DNA of 62,467 nucleotides, filler included, from Platydemus manokwari (Eukaryota): NCBI GenBank assembly GCA_037951405.1. It is 6 parts of 6 records of this genome, joined end to end, with 100 filler letters (N's around TTAATTAATTAA, not from the genome) between each part and the next. Parts side by side here need not be neighbours in the genome. Positions count along the whole stretch, not along the records: positions 21,269 to 31,527 come from JBBMOY011153104.1; positions 31,628 to 41,717 come from JBBMOY011170989.1; 4 more parts are not named here. One strand, 5' to 3'. Shown piece by piece: positions 23,565 to 35,233 of this stretch (position 1 is its first letter; each line of letters starts with the position of its first letter). The notes under the pieces were generated by a model. It saw only the letters and a program-made list of their open reading frames with translations, ran no database searches and was not told where the DNA came from. The position numbers and the translations under genes were made by a program.

Positions 23565-26110
23565 TTAACTTATTAATCCTATTCCTATACTATTCCACCT
23601 TGTTGGTTCTAAACTATGTTGCCAGCATTGATAATCATCAACCAAAATTCTCCAAATTTCCTCTTCCTTTCCATCATAATCATATTTAAATTCAATTTTT
23701 CGTGGAATAGTTTTCCACTTCACTATATATTTTTCCTGTGGTATTCCTGTTTGTTTAGATACCCATTTTATGAACCATTTAATTGATGCATTTCCACTTA
23801 TTCTAAATTCCTCTATTTCTTTCTTTCCTCTTATATTCACCTTTAGCTGATATACAGGTGCTGCTAATATCCACACCGGTAATTTTAGATTGTCCTTCTT
23901 ACTGGTAATTCTTTCATCCCATGTTCTAATGACTGCTTTTATTCTATTTTTCTTACAAGCACTTATTTGGTAATAATGTAATTGTTTTACACCATTCATG
24001 AATATTCCTTTTGATATTAATTCCAATGTTATTCATAATAGTGGTTCACTTTTCCTCATTAATTCTCCTACATTCACCTTATAATTCATTTCCCTAATTC
24101 CTTCTTTTTTAAATGGCCAAATCCTATCTATTTCGTATTTTAGATAATCAACTGTTGTCGTATCTTTTACTCTTACGGTCTTTGCTACTTCATTATTAGT
24201 ATTATCTATCATTTTTGCTTCTATTTTATTTTCTTGTTTAATTTCTTCTTAACATTTTATTATATTTATTTCATATTGATCCCAAGTTATTGATTTTGTT
24301 GTGTAATTTTGCTTTTCTGACTTGAAGTTTCCTTTTATTGAATTTATTTCATTCTCTTTAAATATGTCCCTTAATTTAACCTTATCCCCTATTTGTTCTT
24401 GATTATAGTAGATTGTTATTTTTACATTATCCCATTCTGTTTGGTCGATGTATTGTTCTTGTAATGCTTTTTTCACTGTTCTTATTGACCAATGTTTGTA
24501 TTTTAGCTCATTTCCCTTATCTGTTTATTTATTGGGTTCTATGTCTATTTTCACTATGTAATGTGTTAATTCCTCTTCTACTGGTGTTATTACTATTTAA
24601 TTTTTGTCTCTTTCTCTTAATTGATAATACCAGAATTGCATTTCGTTATCCATAATTTCCCATTTTCCTAACTCGATTTCAATTCTCAAACTATATTTTA
24701 TTTATAATTCTTTAGGTCTTTCTTTTTTCCATCTTATTACATATTTATCCGATCGCATTTCTTGTTGTTTGCCTACCCATCTTCTGAACCATTTTATTAG
24801 TGTACTCACATTAATCCTAAACTTTATTTTTTTCTGGATATCATGTATTTCTTTTTCTATTGTTATTTCTAACTCATAGACTGGATTTCCTTGTGGTCTT
24901 ACTGGTATTTTCCCATTATCCTTATCATTAACAGTTCCATACAATGCAATACCATACGTTTGCCTTAATGTATTTATGTTGTGTCTATTTTTCTGTCTCA
25001 TGTCATATTTTTCCCATAACATGTTATCATCCTTATGATTCTTTATTTCTCCAAACTCCTTATGAAATTTAGGTAATTCCTCAAGAAACTTGTCTATGTA
25101 TTCATTCTCATATTCCTATACATGGATGAAATGTTTGTATGTTACATGTAATCTTATCTTGGATTCATTTTCATTTAATCCTATCTCATTTCCTATGTTC
25201 ACTAATTCTTTTAGCAGTAGCTTTTTTAACCTTATATTTTTTTCCTCAATGATTTGGTCAACTTCCTTATATGGTAATATTCTTCGCTTCTTCATTTCTT
25301 TTAATGGTAGTAATTTTTCTATTAACTTGTTCTCTATGTCAATTCTTGTTTTCATTCCTTCTATTTCACTGTTGTTCTCACTATTATCTATTATTTCAAT
25401 GATATCCTCTATAACTGCTTCATTATTAACTACTTTGATATTATTCCCAACTACTTCATCCTTGTTAACTATTTCGATGTAAGTTTTAAATATTTCATTG
25501 CTATTTCCTATCTCTATTTCATTGTTATCCTCAATATCACTAACATACGCAGTGCTATTTTGAGGAGACTCTAAATTATCCGACAATTCGTACTCATTTA
25601 CACTGCCATTTCTACCCTCTTTATGAAATTCAGTATTCCAGTAATTACTTATTTCACTGTTATAGCCAGAATTATCCTCATTAGCATTGTCAACTTCATT
25701 ATCATCAATTAACTGCGGGACTTCATTGCGCTTATCATTATCAATTTCAATTTCCTCATTATCAACTTTGAATTCCACATTAGACTCTTCATTATTAACC
25801 ATTCGGGTGCAATTTAAATGGAATGACCTTCCGTGACCAAATTCTCTATTATCTCCCTACTTCTAATTTGCTTAAGTTCAACTATCTTTTCACTTGCCAT
25901 CATATGAATTTCCTTATTGTTTTCCTTATTAATCAGGATCATATTGTGCAAATCCTGTATCAATTAGGTAGTCCTTATCTCCTGCTTTATATAATATTAC
26001 CATGTCTTCTGCTACTATGTTATGTTTTTCCTCTAACTGTTGTGTTATTGTTTTCTTGAGTTTTCTTATATTGATGCATGCATGAATGGGAAAATATTTC
26101 ATATTCTTTT
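23565..26110 (-). pseudogene. Stop-interrupted polyprotein region with tandem ubiquitin-like domains and an acidic N/E-rich linker
   Basis: Two units align directly to each other (FRIN.ST.IKWFRRWVGKQ / FRISGNASIKWFIKWVSKQTGIP). Others show TVDYLKYEI..LISKG..L..YQI..N.I, a ubiquitin-like pattern. Confidence 0.6.
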
Positions 26111-26274
26111 TCTCGTGTGAATGTCCAAATTCTCATTCGGAATGGTTTTTTTTTAACTCAGTATCTATCCTTATTATCTTTCCACAGTCTTATAATGCTA
26201 GTTCTTCTTCTTCACTTAATTTCCTTGCTTCTCGTGCTTGTAATTGTATTTCTCTCATGATTTCCCTAACTTCC

Positions 26275-27600
26275 TCAAAATTTTCTCTTTCTTCTAACTT
26301 CCGTATTTTTTCTATTTTTCCTTTGTCCACAACTACATTTCTTTATTGATGTATTTTCTTCTTCTTCACTTGAATTTATGTATGAATTTTTCCTTAATAC
26401 CTGCCTAATGTTTTCTACTTCATTTTCTCTTCTTTTATTTTCCTGTTTTTCATGTTGTTTATCATTCTTATCTTGTCTTATGTATTCCTTGCTATCCCTT
26501 TCATTCCTATATTCCATTCTTCTACTACAGTGACCCTTTTCCTTATGTCTTATTTCTTCTAATTTCTTAGCTAATTCTTCCTTTTCCTTAACCAATTTTC
26601 TCATTTCCTTTTGATATTCCAATTCCGAACTTCACCACATATTTTCTAATGTCTTTATTCCTGAGTCTAACTTTTTCTCTTTATTAATTTCTATTTCTCT
26701 TTTCTTTTCTCGTCTCTTTTCAAGTTCTTCTTCTTGTTCTTTTTCATATAATTCCCCAGTTATTTCCTCTATTCTTTTTCTTTTCATTATTTCATTATAT
26801 AACTCCTCTTGTTCTTTTATCTCTTTTTTAATCTCAGCCTTATATTTTACTACTGCTTCATCTTGCTTATTTTATTGTTCTTTTCTCAAACTACATGATG
26901 TAATCATATGTCCTGTTCTCTTAAAGTACTTGCATTGGACTTCACCATTACTATTAATCATATCTCTGGTGTAATTAAACATCTTTGGCCTATTGTTGTA
27001 ATTCACTGATCTTCCTACTGATCTTCCTAACTACAGTACTAATTGCCTTTCATTATTTTCTACATGTCCATTATTGTTGTTAAATTTAGACCTATCGTTA
27101 TTCCTTTGCTGATTTTGCCAATTGTTATTACTATTCTTACCATACGGACTTCTACTTCTACTATTTTGCCTATTATTGTAGTTATTGTTATTATTGTTGT
27201 TGTTAAGCTCTCTATTATTTCTATTCCTATCCCAAGGACTTCTACTTCTATTGTTTGATCTATCGTTATAATTGTTGTTCTTATTTTGATCAAATTTACT
27301 TTGCCTACTTCTATCATTATTTCGATTTTCAAGTCCTCTATTATCTAAATTTCCTCTAGTATTGAAATTATTCCAATTATCCCTATTAAATCCTCGTTGA
27401 CCATAACTATAATTATGATGACATCTATTCCTATCAAAGTAATTTCCATTATCGTATGTTCTGGATTGTTTATTGTTATCTTCCCTTATTTGGAATTGAG
27501 TTAGCACCTTATTTAACTGATCCCAAGTTACATTCATGTCAGGATTTTTATCATCCTCTTTAGTTACTAGATTCTTTTCAATTGGAGAAGGTGATGTTTT
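26275..27600 (-). pseudogene. gag C-terminal part: N/R-rich low-complexity region, degenerate zinc knuckle, long K/E coiled coil
   Basis: ORFs 27031-27537 and 26275-26622 share a frame; RSRSP repeats; CKYFKRTGHMITSC. Confidence 0.65.
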
Positions 27601-27789
27601 TTTTGTTACATCACAAGATATGTGGATTCTTCGTTTGGTATTTGCATATTCGTGAATCTAAAAAAATCATTTATTTCGATGCAGTTATTGCCTTTATTTC
27701 TAACCCATTATGTTGCTATGGGATATATATTTTCTGCACCCTTTCTGTTATATATTGCGTATTTAAAAATAGTTGACAAGAAAAATATA

Positions 27790-29417
27790 TGAATACGCAA
27801 CACAAAAGAGTTTCAGCTTAATTTTACTTGCAGCCTTATGTTTAATGAGTAATCTTGAAAAATTTTATTTTTCTGATTCATTTAAAATAATAATTTAAAG
27901 TGTACATCAATCTACGCTGTCAAATGCAACATTTATAAAAAATGTCAAAAGTTTGGTTCCCAAATTCGTGAACAAACAAATTGCACATTTTGTCAGTCAA
28001 GATTAAATCATTACCACAGAAATATAAATCCATAAATCCTGCGTGGAAGAATGTGAATTTTCAGAAGACCACTGAAGAACAATTTATTGCAACACTGATT
28101 TTTGCAATGAAGTTGGGAAAATTAATAATTTTTATGTACGAATTTCTCTTAGTTTTTTGATATTGTTAGCTATTTTTTTAGTTTATATAGAATTTATTTA
28201 AAATTCTTGCATTCTTTTAATCATTCATTTTTTAATTTTAGCTTTCGAAAAAGATTTTCGATGTGCAGTTTGTAAAAAATGTACTCAATATCCACAATTT
28301 ACAGTTTTTGTTTGACAAGAATTCTCATTTATAGAAGATCACAACAATTGAATATCATTAATAAATTTTGTTTAAAGCAACTTGATATTAGTAACGATTT
28401 TTCAAAATTACCAATATTATACTGCAATTTTGAGTTCTGCAATGAAAATACTTCTGGATCAAGACCATGTATGTTATAAATTTGTTTGAGTTTAAATTTT
28501 TATTATAATTAAGAAGATGATTATAAAATTTTTATTTCATTTTTAACATAGCTTTACGCAACCGAATCAGTTTCTGGGTATGCCAGAAATGCAATTTTAA
28601 CGCAGGAATTCTCGATTTTCAGTACAATTGTACATGTTGTCTAACTAAACTGAAAAATTCTATTAAAAATGGCAACAAGGTAAATCTACAAAAATCGTGT
28701 AATTCCAAATGTGAATTTTCAATTTCTAACATTCTGCCATAGTATCGTGCTGCCAATATGATATTTCCAATACGCAATTGAATATGAGAGTCACAGGTTT
28801 GAATCAAATTAATAAATTCCCATTAAATTATTAAAAAAAAAATATTCAACATTGATTATTGCACTTATAAATTTGTCTGCATTGCATATTCTTTCTTTAT
28901 CAAATTAACAACAAATATTTTAATTATGTTTTTTATATACTTAAATGCTTAAGTGCTAAAAATAATGATCTTTGTTAAATTTAAAATTTTAAAAACGAAA
29001 TTAGAAGATAAATTGCATTTATTCAATTCAAATAGTTTGAATGATGATTGAATGAATGCACCCGACCTGAGTTTTTAAGCTGCATTTGATGAATTTATAA
29101 ACTAAATGAATTTCACAAACAATTCCAATAAAGAATATCTAATTTATGAATGGCTAAAATATTGAAAAATAAAATGCGGAATTTGTCAAAACTGCAGTGA
29201 TGCAATTCCATATCTACAAATCAATACCAATTTTTCGTTATGCGTTTCAATAATGAATCATGGTTCATATGTTTTCATTGAAAGTTTAACCTCACGATCA
29301 TGCTCGATAAAATGTCCTCTTGTAAATATTTCAAGATTATTTTGTTGTATCACCGACTTCTGTAATGAACCAAAACCAGGAACATATAAAGGTGATTATG
29401 TTTATCAACCCTTATAA
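27790..29417 (+). pseudogene. Multi-domain Ly6/uPAR (three-finger) gene, apparently decayed
   Basis: Signal-like exon (SFSLILLAALCLM), a 52-nt intron, then three Cys-rich exons ending YCNTDFCN (about 27901-28134), YCNFEFCN (about 28242-28470) and FCCITDFCN (about 29169-29417), each starting near C-x2-C-x2-C; stops and frameshifts in domains 1-2. Confidence 0.75.
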
Positions 29418-31527
29418 AACATTATAGTGGAATAAATTTAATCGAAATAAATTAAATTTACTAATATTTTGTAGATTTTATTTTATAAAAGTGATTTATT
29501 TGTAATATATTTTATAAAATAGATAATTTATAAGTTTGATATGAAAGTTGATAATAATAATAAGAAAATATAAACATATGATTAATAATTTTTCCTTTGT
29601 ATATATTTTTCAAATGAAATTTCTTTATAGTTCCTACCTGATCAATAAATATAAGTTGAATAAATATAATAATGAACAAGTCTTTAAATTGCACAGTTCC
29701 AATGAACAACGAAATCGATTCAATGGTGTGCTGCACATGCGATTTCTGCAATGGAAAATTGAATTGATTTTATTTCAGTTATTGAATTGATGTATTTGTC
29801 AAAAATATTCAAAAGTTAAATTCATTATCAAGGAAGATATTGAAAAATATTTTTATAAATTCAATGATTTGATTGAATAAAAAATGAAAATAAACATTAT
29901 TGATATTATATAAAATAATACAAATATAATAGATCAGAATAAATAATTAATTTAAATATTGTTTTATCAGATCATTTTAATAAAAAATAAGATCATGGTT
30001 AATTTCAACAAATCATAAATTATATTTATTTATTTTTTTATTTATTTTTCATTCTATGATATGCGTTATATAAAATCATTTTTTAATAATCATAATAAAG
30101 CAATGATTTTTAATTTGATTTTTGATTTTATTCAATAAAAATGATTTTAAGAAATTTGATAAATATTCTTTGTATCTTTCAACACATGCATTTTAATATT
30201 TTATTATCTATTGTTGCATATATGGCTATTTTGGATATTATCGATTTCCCCGATGTTAAACGTTAAATCTAGAGAAATAATTATATTTAATCATGCGAAC
30301 ATGAATAGTTATCCAAATGTTGGTCAAAATGATCTCGGTCATCATATTATTACATCACCTTATTTAGATTTTACAAAAGATATTCCAAGACACATTAGCT
30401 GTTAAATGTTATTGTAAAATATCATGTTCTATTTTTGAATTTTTAATTAGCACAGTTGACTCTTAGATTTCTCAGCACTGCTCACGTGACTTTCTCACTG
30501 CTGACAACTTGATTATTGGTTGATAGTAATCGGGTAATCCTGCGATTAACAGAAGATGAGACATCAACTTTTACAACCATAATCGAAAGGAAACATAATA
30601 AGTATACCATGACATTGATTCTAAGTCAAAACTGTCCTATTTATTGTAAAAACGTCTCTTTATTGATTACAATGAACGTATATCAAAGAAAATAATCGAC
30701 ATTGTCGTTACTATATTCGCTGCAGCCAAGAATAAATGTCAAAGCCATTTCTAAAAATCAAATTAGAGATAAAACCAAATTTTGAGATAATTTATCACAT
30801 GTCAATATTAAAATGTCAATAATATTTGAAATCGATTACAGTGACATATAGAAGATTTAGTTTATTGGATTTGTTGTTAAAATGTTAAATTTATAGACTT
30901 GATTAATCTCATATTTGTGTTATTGAGATTCATTTCAAATCTGAACAAGACAATAATTTTTTTCCAAAATTCATCATTATTGATTCTTTCATAAAATGTC
31001 GAAATTGCATTTGCTATGGCACACCATTTTTACTACTTGAACTATTATCGTCAATGTGATTGGTTAAATATTAACTGACTAGCATAATTCGTTCTTCCGT
31101 AATTGATATTCATCATTGATAACATGGTAATGCACAGTTTATATTATTTATATTTCCTTCATATCGATTAAATATTTATTGTTCGACATGTAAATCATTT
31201 CCTTGTACCAATACAAACCAGAATGATTGATGGTATTGATTATACTCGATTTGACCAGAAAGTGATGCTAATAATTGTTGTGCATCGAATGCAATTAAAA
31301 GTAAATACAGAAACGACGCACGTGGTGGCTTACTATTTTTAGATAATATATCAGAAATTGAGGAATGATTTTTAACCTTACATATATTTATGGCAGATCA
31401 GTTCAAGGCCCTTCCAGGATTATAATATTCGATAAATCAGATCCGATAAATTATGAGAAAATCAGTAACATTGCAGAGCCTGTAAACTTTTATTAAGTTT
31501 ATAAATTGTGTTTACTTAAGAGAATTT

Positions 31528-31627
31528 NNNNNNNNNNNNNNNNNNNNNNNNNNNNNNNNNNNNNNNNNNNNTTAATTAATTAANNNNNNNNNNNNNNNNN
31601 NNNNNNNNNNNNNNNNNNNNNNNNNNN
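31528..31627. other. Artificial contig spacer
   Basis: N44-TTAATTAATTAA-N44. Confidence 0.98.
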
Positions 31628-33094
31628 AAGATACTTTTTGCATTTGCATCTAATGCCATTAAAAATACTTTTTGAGTATCTTATTTTTTCTTTTTATATT
31701 TATAAATCACAATTTATATAATTTTAATAATCTCCTATTTATTGAATTATAAACATTATTATGCCCATCTTTTGTAGCCACTAATAACTTTCTTAATTCA
31801 TCAAATAATTCTATTGTTTCATTATTTTTAGCGACTCTAGCTGATTATTTAATCCTGTTTCTGATGTCCTATGATTATTTTCAATCGGAGAATCAATTTG
31901 ATTCATTCTGTTTTTCACATCTTTAAGATCAGTTAAATATTTAATTGTTGCAAATTGTTGAGCAAAAATTCCTGCTCTCCTTAAAACCTCTAGATAAATA
32001 TCTTTATTTTTAACAGGGAAGTTTCCTTCATTTTAAAGGATTTTCACATTTACTCTTCCAAGTTTTAAATTACACAAATTTTCTTTTAATTTAACTATTA
32101 GCCACCACTATTTTAAAAACCTCACATTAAAAACGAATTGAAAAGTCAAGGCACAACAAATCTATTTAAATACAAACATTTAAACAAATAAATCTAATTT
32201 TATATTAATATAATTTTTTTTAAAATTAGAATTACATCTGAATAAATTTTGAATTAAATTTGAATTTAAAATATAATTCATGTAATATATCTCACATCCG
32301 CCTTTCTTTAAAATCTTTGATTATGTTAATTGTCACTGTATTGAATACTGCATATTTCATTTCAAAAACTCTAATTTTTTTATCTTTTAATATCTTCTTT
32401 TTTCATCTTGATTATATCTCCTCTATGTTTCCTTTCATATATCCTTTTATGTCTTATTTTATATCTTATTTTATATCTTCTTTTATATGTTCTCCATATA
32501 GTCTCAGTATCTTCCCCATTTTCTATAATTATCTTTTTAGATTCGAATACAGATGCGTGGTAGTCATGTTAAATTGTTTTGAATTAAATTTGAATTTAAA
32601 ATTTAATTCATATAACATATCTCATAAGAACAATAAGCTAAATTTAAATGATTTTCCCCTTCATGTTTAATAATTAAAAATTATAGTTTATTAATAATTA
32701 AATTCGGGAAATTTACTTCATGATATACTCTTTCTCTCAAGCTTGGCACAATATTATCATCTCAACCTTTTCCATCTTTTCAAAAAAAAATATTTTATCA
32801 GATACTTCATTTATCGGGTTTTAAAATTGTGTATAACCTCATTTAAAATTTTATTTATTTCATTAGCAGTTGTTTTTGAATCTCCAATTGCTGATATTTT
32901 TAGCTTGATTTTGTACAACAGGCGCAAATAAAAGTTTAGCAAATTCACTGATACCTCCATTCATCAAAATTCTAGGATATTGATTGTCTTCATCTTCATT
33001 ATTTATTATATTTTTCAAGGAAATAAGTTTTTCTAATTCCTTCATTCTTTTTATATCAAAACTCCCCATTTTAAAATTTATAAATTTAAGTTTT

Positions 33095-33840
33095 TATTTT
33101 TCTTCATCATAGATTGTAAACACATCTTCAATTAATATATCTTTATTATTATCGATTATTTATATTTCTCATTCCATTGTTAATTTAAAAAAAAATTAAA
33201 TTGTAATTTTTCCATGGTGCTGGAAAATAAATCAGAATGTATTAAATCTTTATCCATTTTATCTAATTTAAATAAAACAATAAAATTTGAATTATTTCTT
33301 GTTGTCATTTTAGGTAAATCATACCAACTTTGAGATACTTGTAGATACTATTACAACTATTAAATCTTCCTCTTATATAATAAGCAGTCATTATTTCCTG
33401 GTTTTTCTCCGTAATACATTCATCAAAAATTATTAAATTCTTTTTAGTTTTATTTAAATCTGATGGGTTCATAATTTCATCAATTTGAAAGTCATAGTTA
33501 TTGATATCTTACTTTTGTCTAGTGGGAATAACATTGCTGCATAAAGCTCACAAATTTCCCTAATAGTTAAATCTTTATGAAATCTATCCTGTTCTTCAAA
33601 TATGTTTTTATTATACTTTCTTTTAAAAATCCACTTTTAAATCCATAATATAAAATTTGATATTCTTCTTGATAAACAGTTTTTGAAAATATTATTAAAT
33701 TATCATAATCTAAAAAATCCTGATGTTAATAGCATTTTAAAAATAAATTAGGTTTCATCACAACCAGAACTTTCAATAATTAACATTCTAATAGATGAAA
33801 GAATATTTGAATGATTATTAAGTATTATTTTATCTTGCCT
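33095..33840 (-). pseudogene. A32/FtsK-family DNA packaging ATPase (Polinton-type)
   Basis: SIRMLIIESSGC..(degenerate Walker A)..KMLLTSGFLDYDNLIIFSKTVYQEEYQ; Walker B KKNLIIFDEC; YYIRGRFNSCNSIY; SQSWYDLPK..RNNSNFIVLFK; frameshifts. Confidence 0.85.
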
Positions 33841-33908
33841 CCGAACAAAAGCTATTTTTAGATTTAAAAATTGTATAAGACAAATAATTTTGAACAACGT
33901 GAAACCTA

Positions 33909-34240
33909 TTTAACAATCTATTTTATCTAGGAGCTCTCGGATAAAATCTTCAGATAAGTTTTGATGATATGAAATTTCTTTCCATTCCACTTTATCTTGA
34001 AATTCTCGGATAAAATCTTCTGATAATGATTGATGTTCTGAAATATATATCCAATTAACTTTATTTAGGAATAATTTAATAAAATCTTTTGATAATTTTT
34101 GATCTTGTGTAATAAATTCATGAAATTCTCGGATAAAATCTTCACATAATGTTGGACATTGTGAAATAAAATGCTAATCCACTTTATCTTGAAATTCTGG
34201 GATAAAATTTTCAGACAAATGTTTGTTGTGTGGAATAGCG
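33909..34240 (-). pseudogene. Tryptophan-repeat family protein, about five 23-aa repeats
   Basis: HLSENFIPEFQDKVD*HFISQCPTLCEDFIREFH..QKLSKDFIKLFLNKVNWIYISEHQSLSEDFIREFQDKVEWKEISYHQNLSEDFIRELLDKIDC*. Confidence 0.85.
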
Positions 34241-34244
34241 TCTC

Positions 34245-34864
34245 AATACAAGATATGGTTGGTTTATTCCTTTAAAGTATAAAAACAAGAAACTTTAGTA
34301 GAAGCCTTTGAAAGTTATTTTTAAAAAATCCAAGAGAATTCCAAAATATATTTTGTTTGATAAAGAATCTGGAAAATTTTGTGATGAAAATAATATTATT
34401 TTATATTATACTGAAAATGAAGGGAAAGCTGTTTTTGATGAAAGAGTTGTTAGAACTTTGAAAAATTTTATGTCGAAACATTTTACAGCAGCTGGAAGTT
34501 ATAAATTGGATGATCTTTTATTACAAAGTGTTGTTGATAAATATAATGTTTCATACAAATATTATTGTTAGTCCTATTGAAACAAGTAAAAATTCTGGAA
34601 TAATTAAAGAAAAAATTGAAGAATGGAATAAGTTTAATAAAAATTTAAATTCTAAACCAAAATTTTTAAGTTCTGGATCAAATAAGAATTTTTAAATATA
34701 AAAATAAATTTGAAAATGTTTATATCACAAAATATTGAAAAGAAATATTTATTATTAAAGAAGTTTGCGAAACTAAGCCTATAATATACAAATTAATAGA
34801 TTTAAATGATGAAAAGACATTGAGGAGATTTTACTAAAATGAGACGGTAAAAACAAATGTTTAA
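34245..34864 (+). pseudogene. Maverick/Polinton c-integrase, 5'-truncated
   Basis: TRYGWFIPLK..IFKKSKRIPKYI..YYTENEGKAVFDERVVRTLK..VVDKYN..H..SP; KPKF..DQIRIFKYKNKFE..EIFII..TKP..YKLIDLNDE..RFY. Confidence 0.88.
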
Positions 34865-35233
34865 TTTTTATTCTAATTTGCATGGCGTAGTCGTAGTAAT
34901 AATAGCTAAAAGTATAGTGGTTGAGGTAAAGTTTATTTTCTATAAAATAAAAAATTGATCTAAAATAATTTAATCGGGTTGCTCATGGAATATTTTTGTG
35001 CAATATTTTTACATATTCGTAATAAATTACATTTGGGAATACATTTTTGTCTTATTTCTTCGAACATTTCCATCAGACCATTGGCGGTTATAGTTCTTCT
35101 TTCTTGGGATTTAGTTCGCTTCATCTAAAACATTAAAAATATTTAATAAATAAACATTATTTATGAAAGAAAAGTAAATAATGTAAAAGTATTAAAGTCT
35201 CGCGCGGCAGACTTTACTTTTAGACATGCTATA

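Larger units (their letters stand above)
21269..27600 (-). mobile_element. Decayed envelope-bearing retroelement (gag/zinc knuckle, coiled coil, tandem ubiquitin-like domains, class III env); truncated at both ends
   Basis: Strongly A-rich coding strand; degenerate CCHC (CKYFKRTGHMITSC, about 26895-26937); ORFs 25116-25802, 24702-25022, 24249-24476, 23565-24026, 23058-23258, 22083-22388 and 21831-22073 all share one frame; env motifs listed in the next feature. Confidence 0.8.
31628..34870. mobile_element. Decayed Maverick/Polinton (adintovirus-like) endogenous element
   Basis: Clustered packaging ATPase, c-integrase, tryptophan-repeat gene and a small ORF remnant ELFDELRKLLVATKDGHNNVYNSI (about 31705-31835, minus). 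Confidence 0.85.

Noticed and set aside
25945-25975. LIDTG as a retroviral protease active site
   Set aside because: It lacks the following A/S-x-x-S/N pattern and the downstream ILG motif; the context fits a ubiquitin-like unit better.
21269-26110. Alternative genetic code or stop readthrough explaining the in-frame stops
   Set aside because: Host genes in the window use standard stops, and the element also has frameshifts, so neutral decay is the simpler explanation.
23127-27258. Hydrophobic plus-strand ORFs such as 23127-23351, 24413-24655, 25090-25482 and 27043-27258 (likewise minus-strand 14998-15279 and 59314-59640)
   Set aside because: Antisense shadows of A-rich coding strands.
30450-31340. 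Possible decayed Ig/FN3 plus TM gene on the minus strand (GLYWYKE.., HLFLAAANIVTTMSIIFF)
   Set aside because: Too many stops and no reliable domain signature to support a call by eye.
33909-34240. Regularly spaced DNA repeats (aattctcggataaaatcttc) resembling CRISPR
   Set aside because: The 69-nt period is explained by 23-aa protein repeats on the minus strand.
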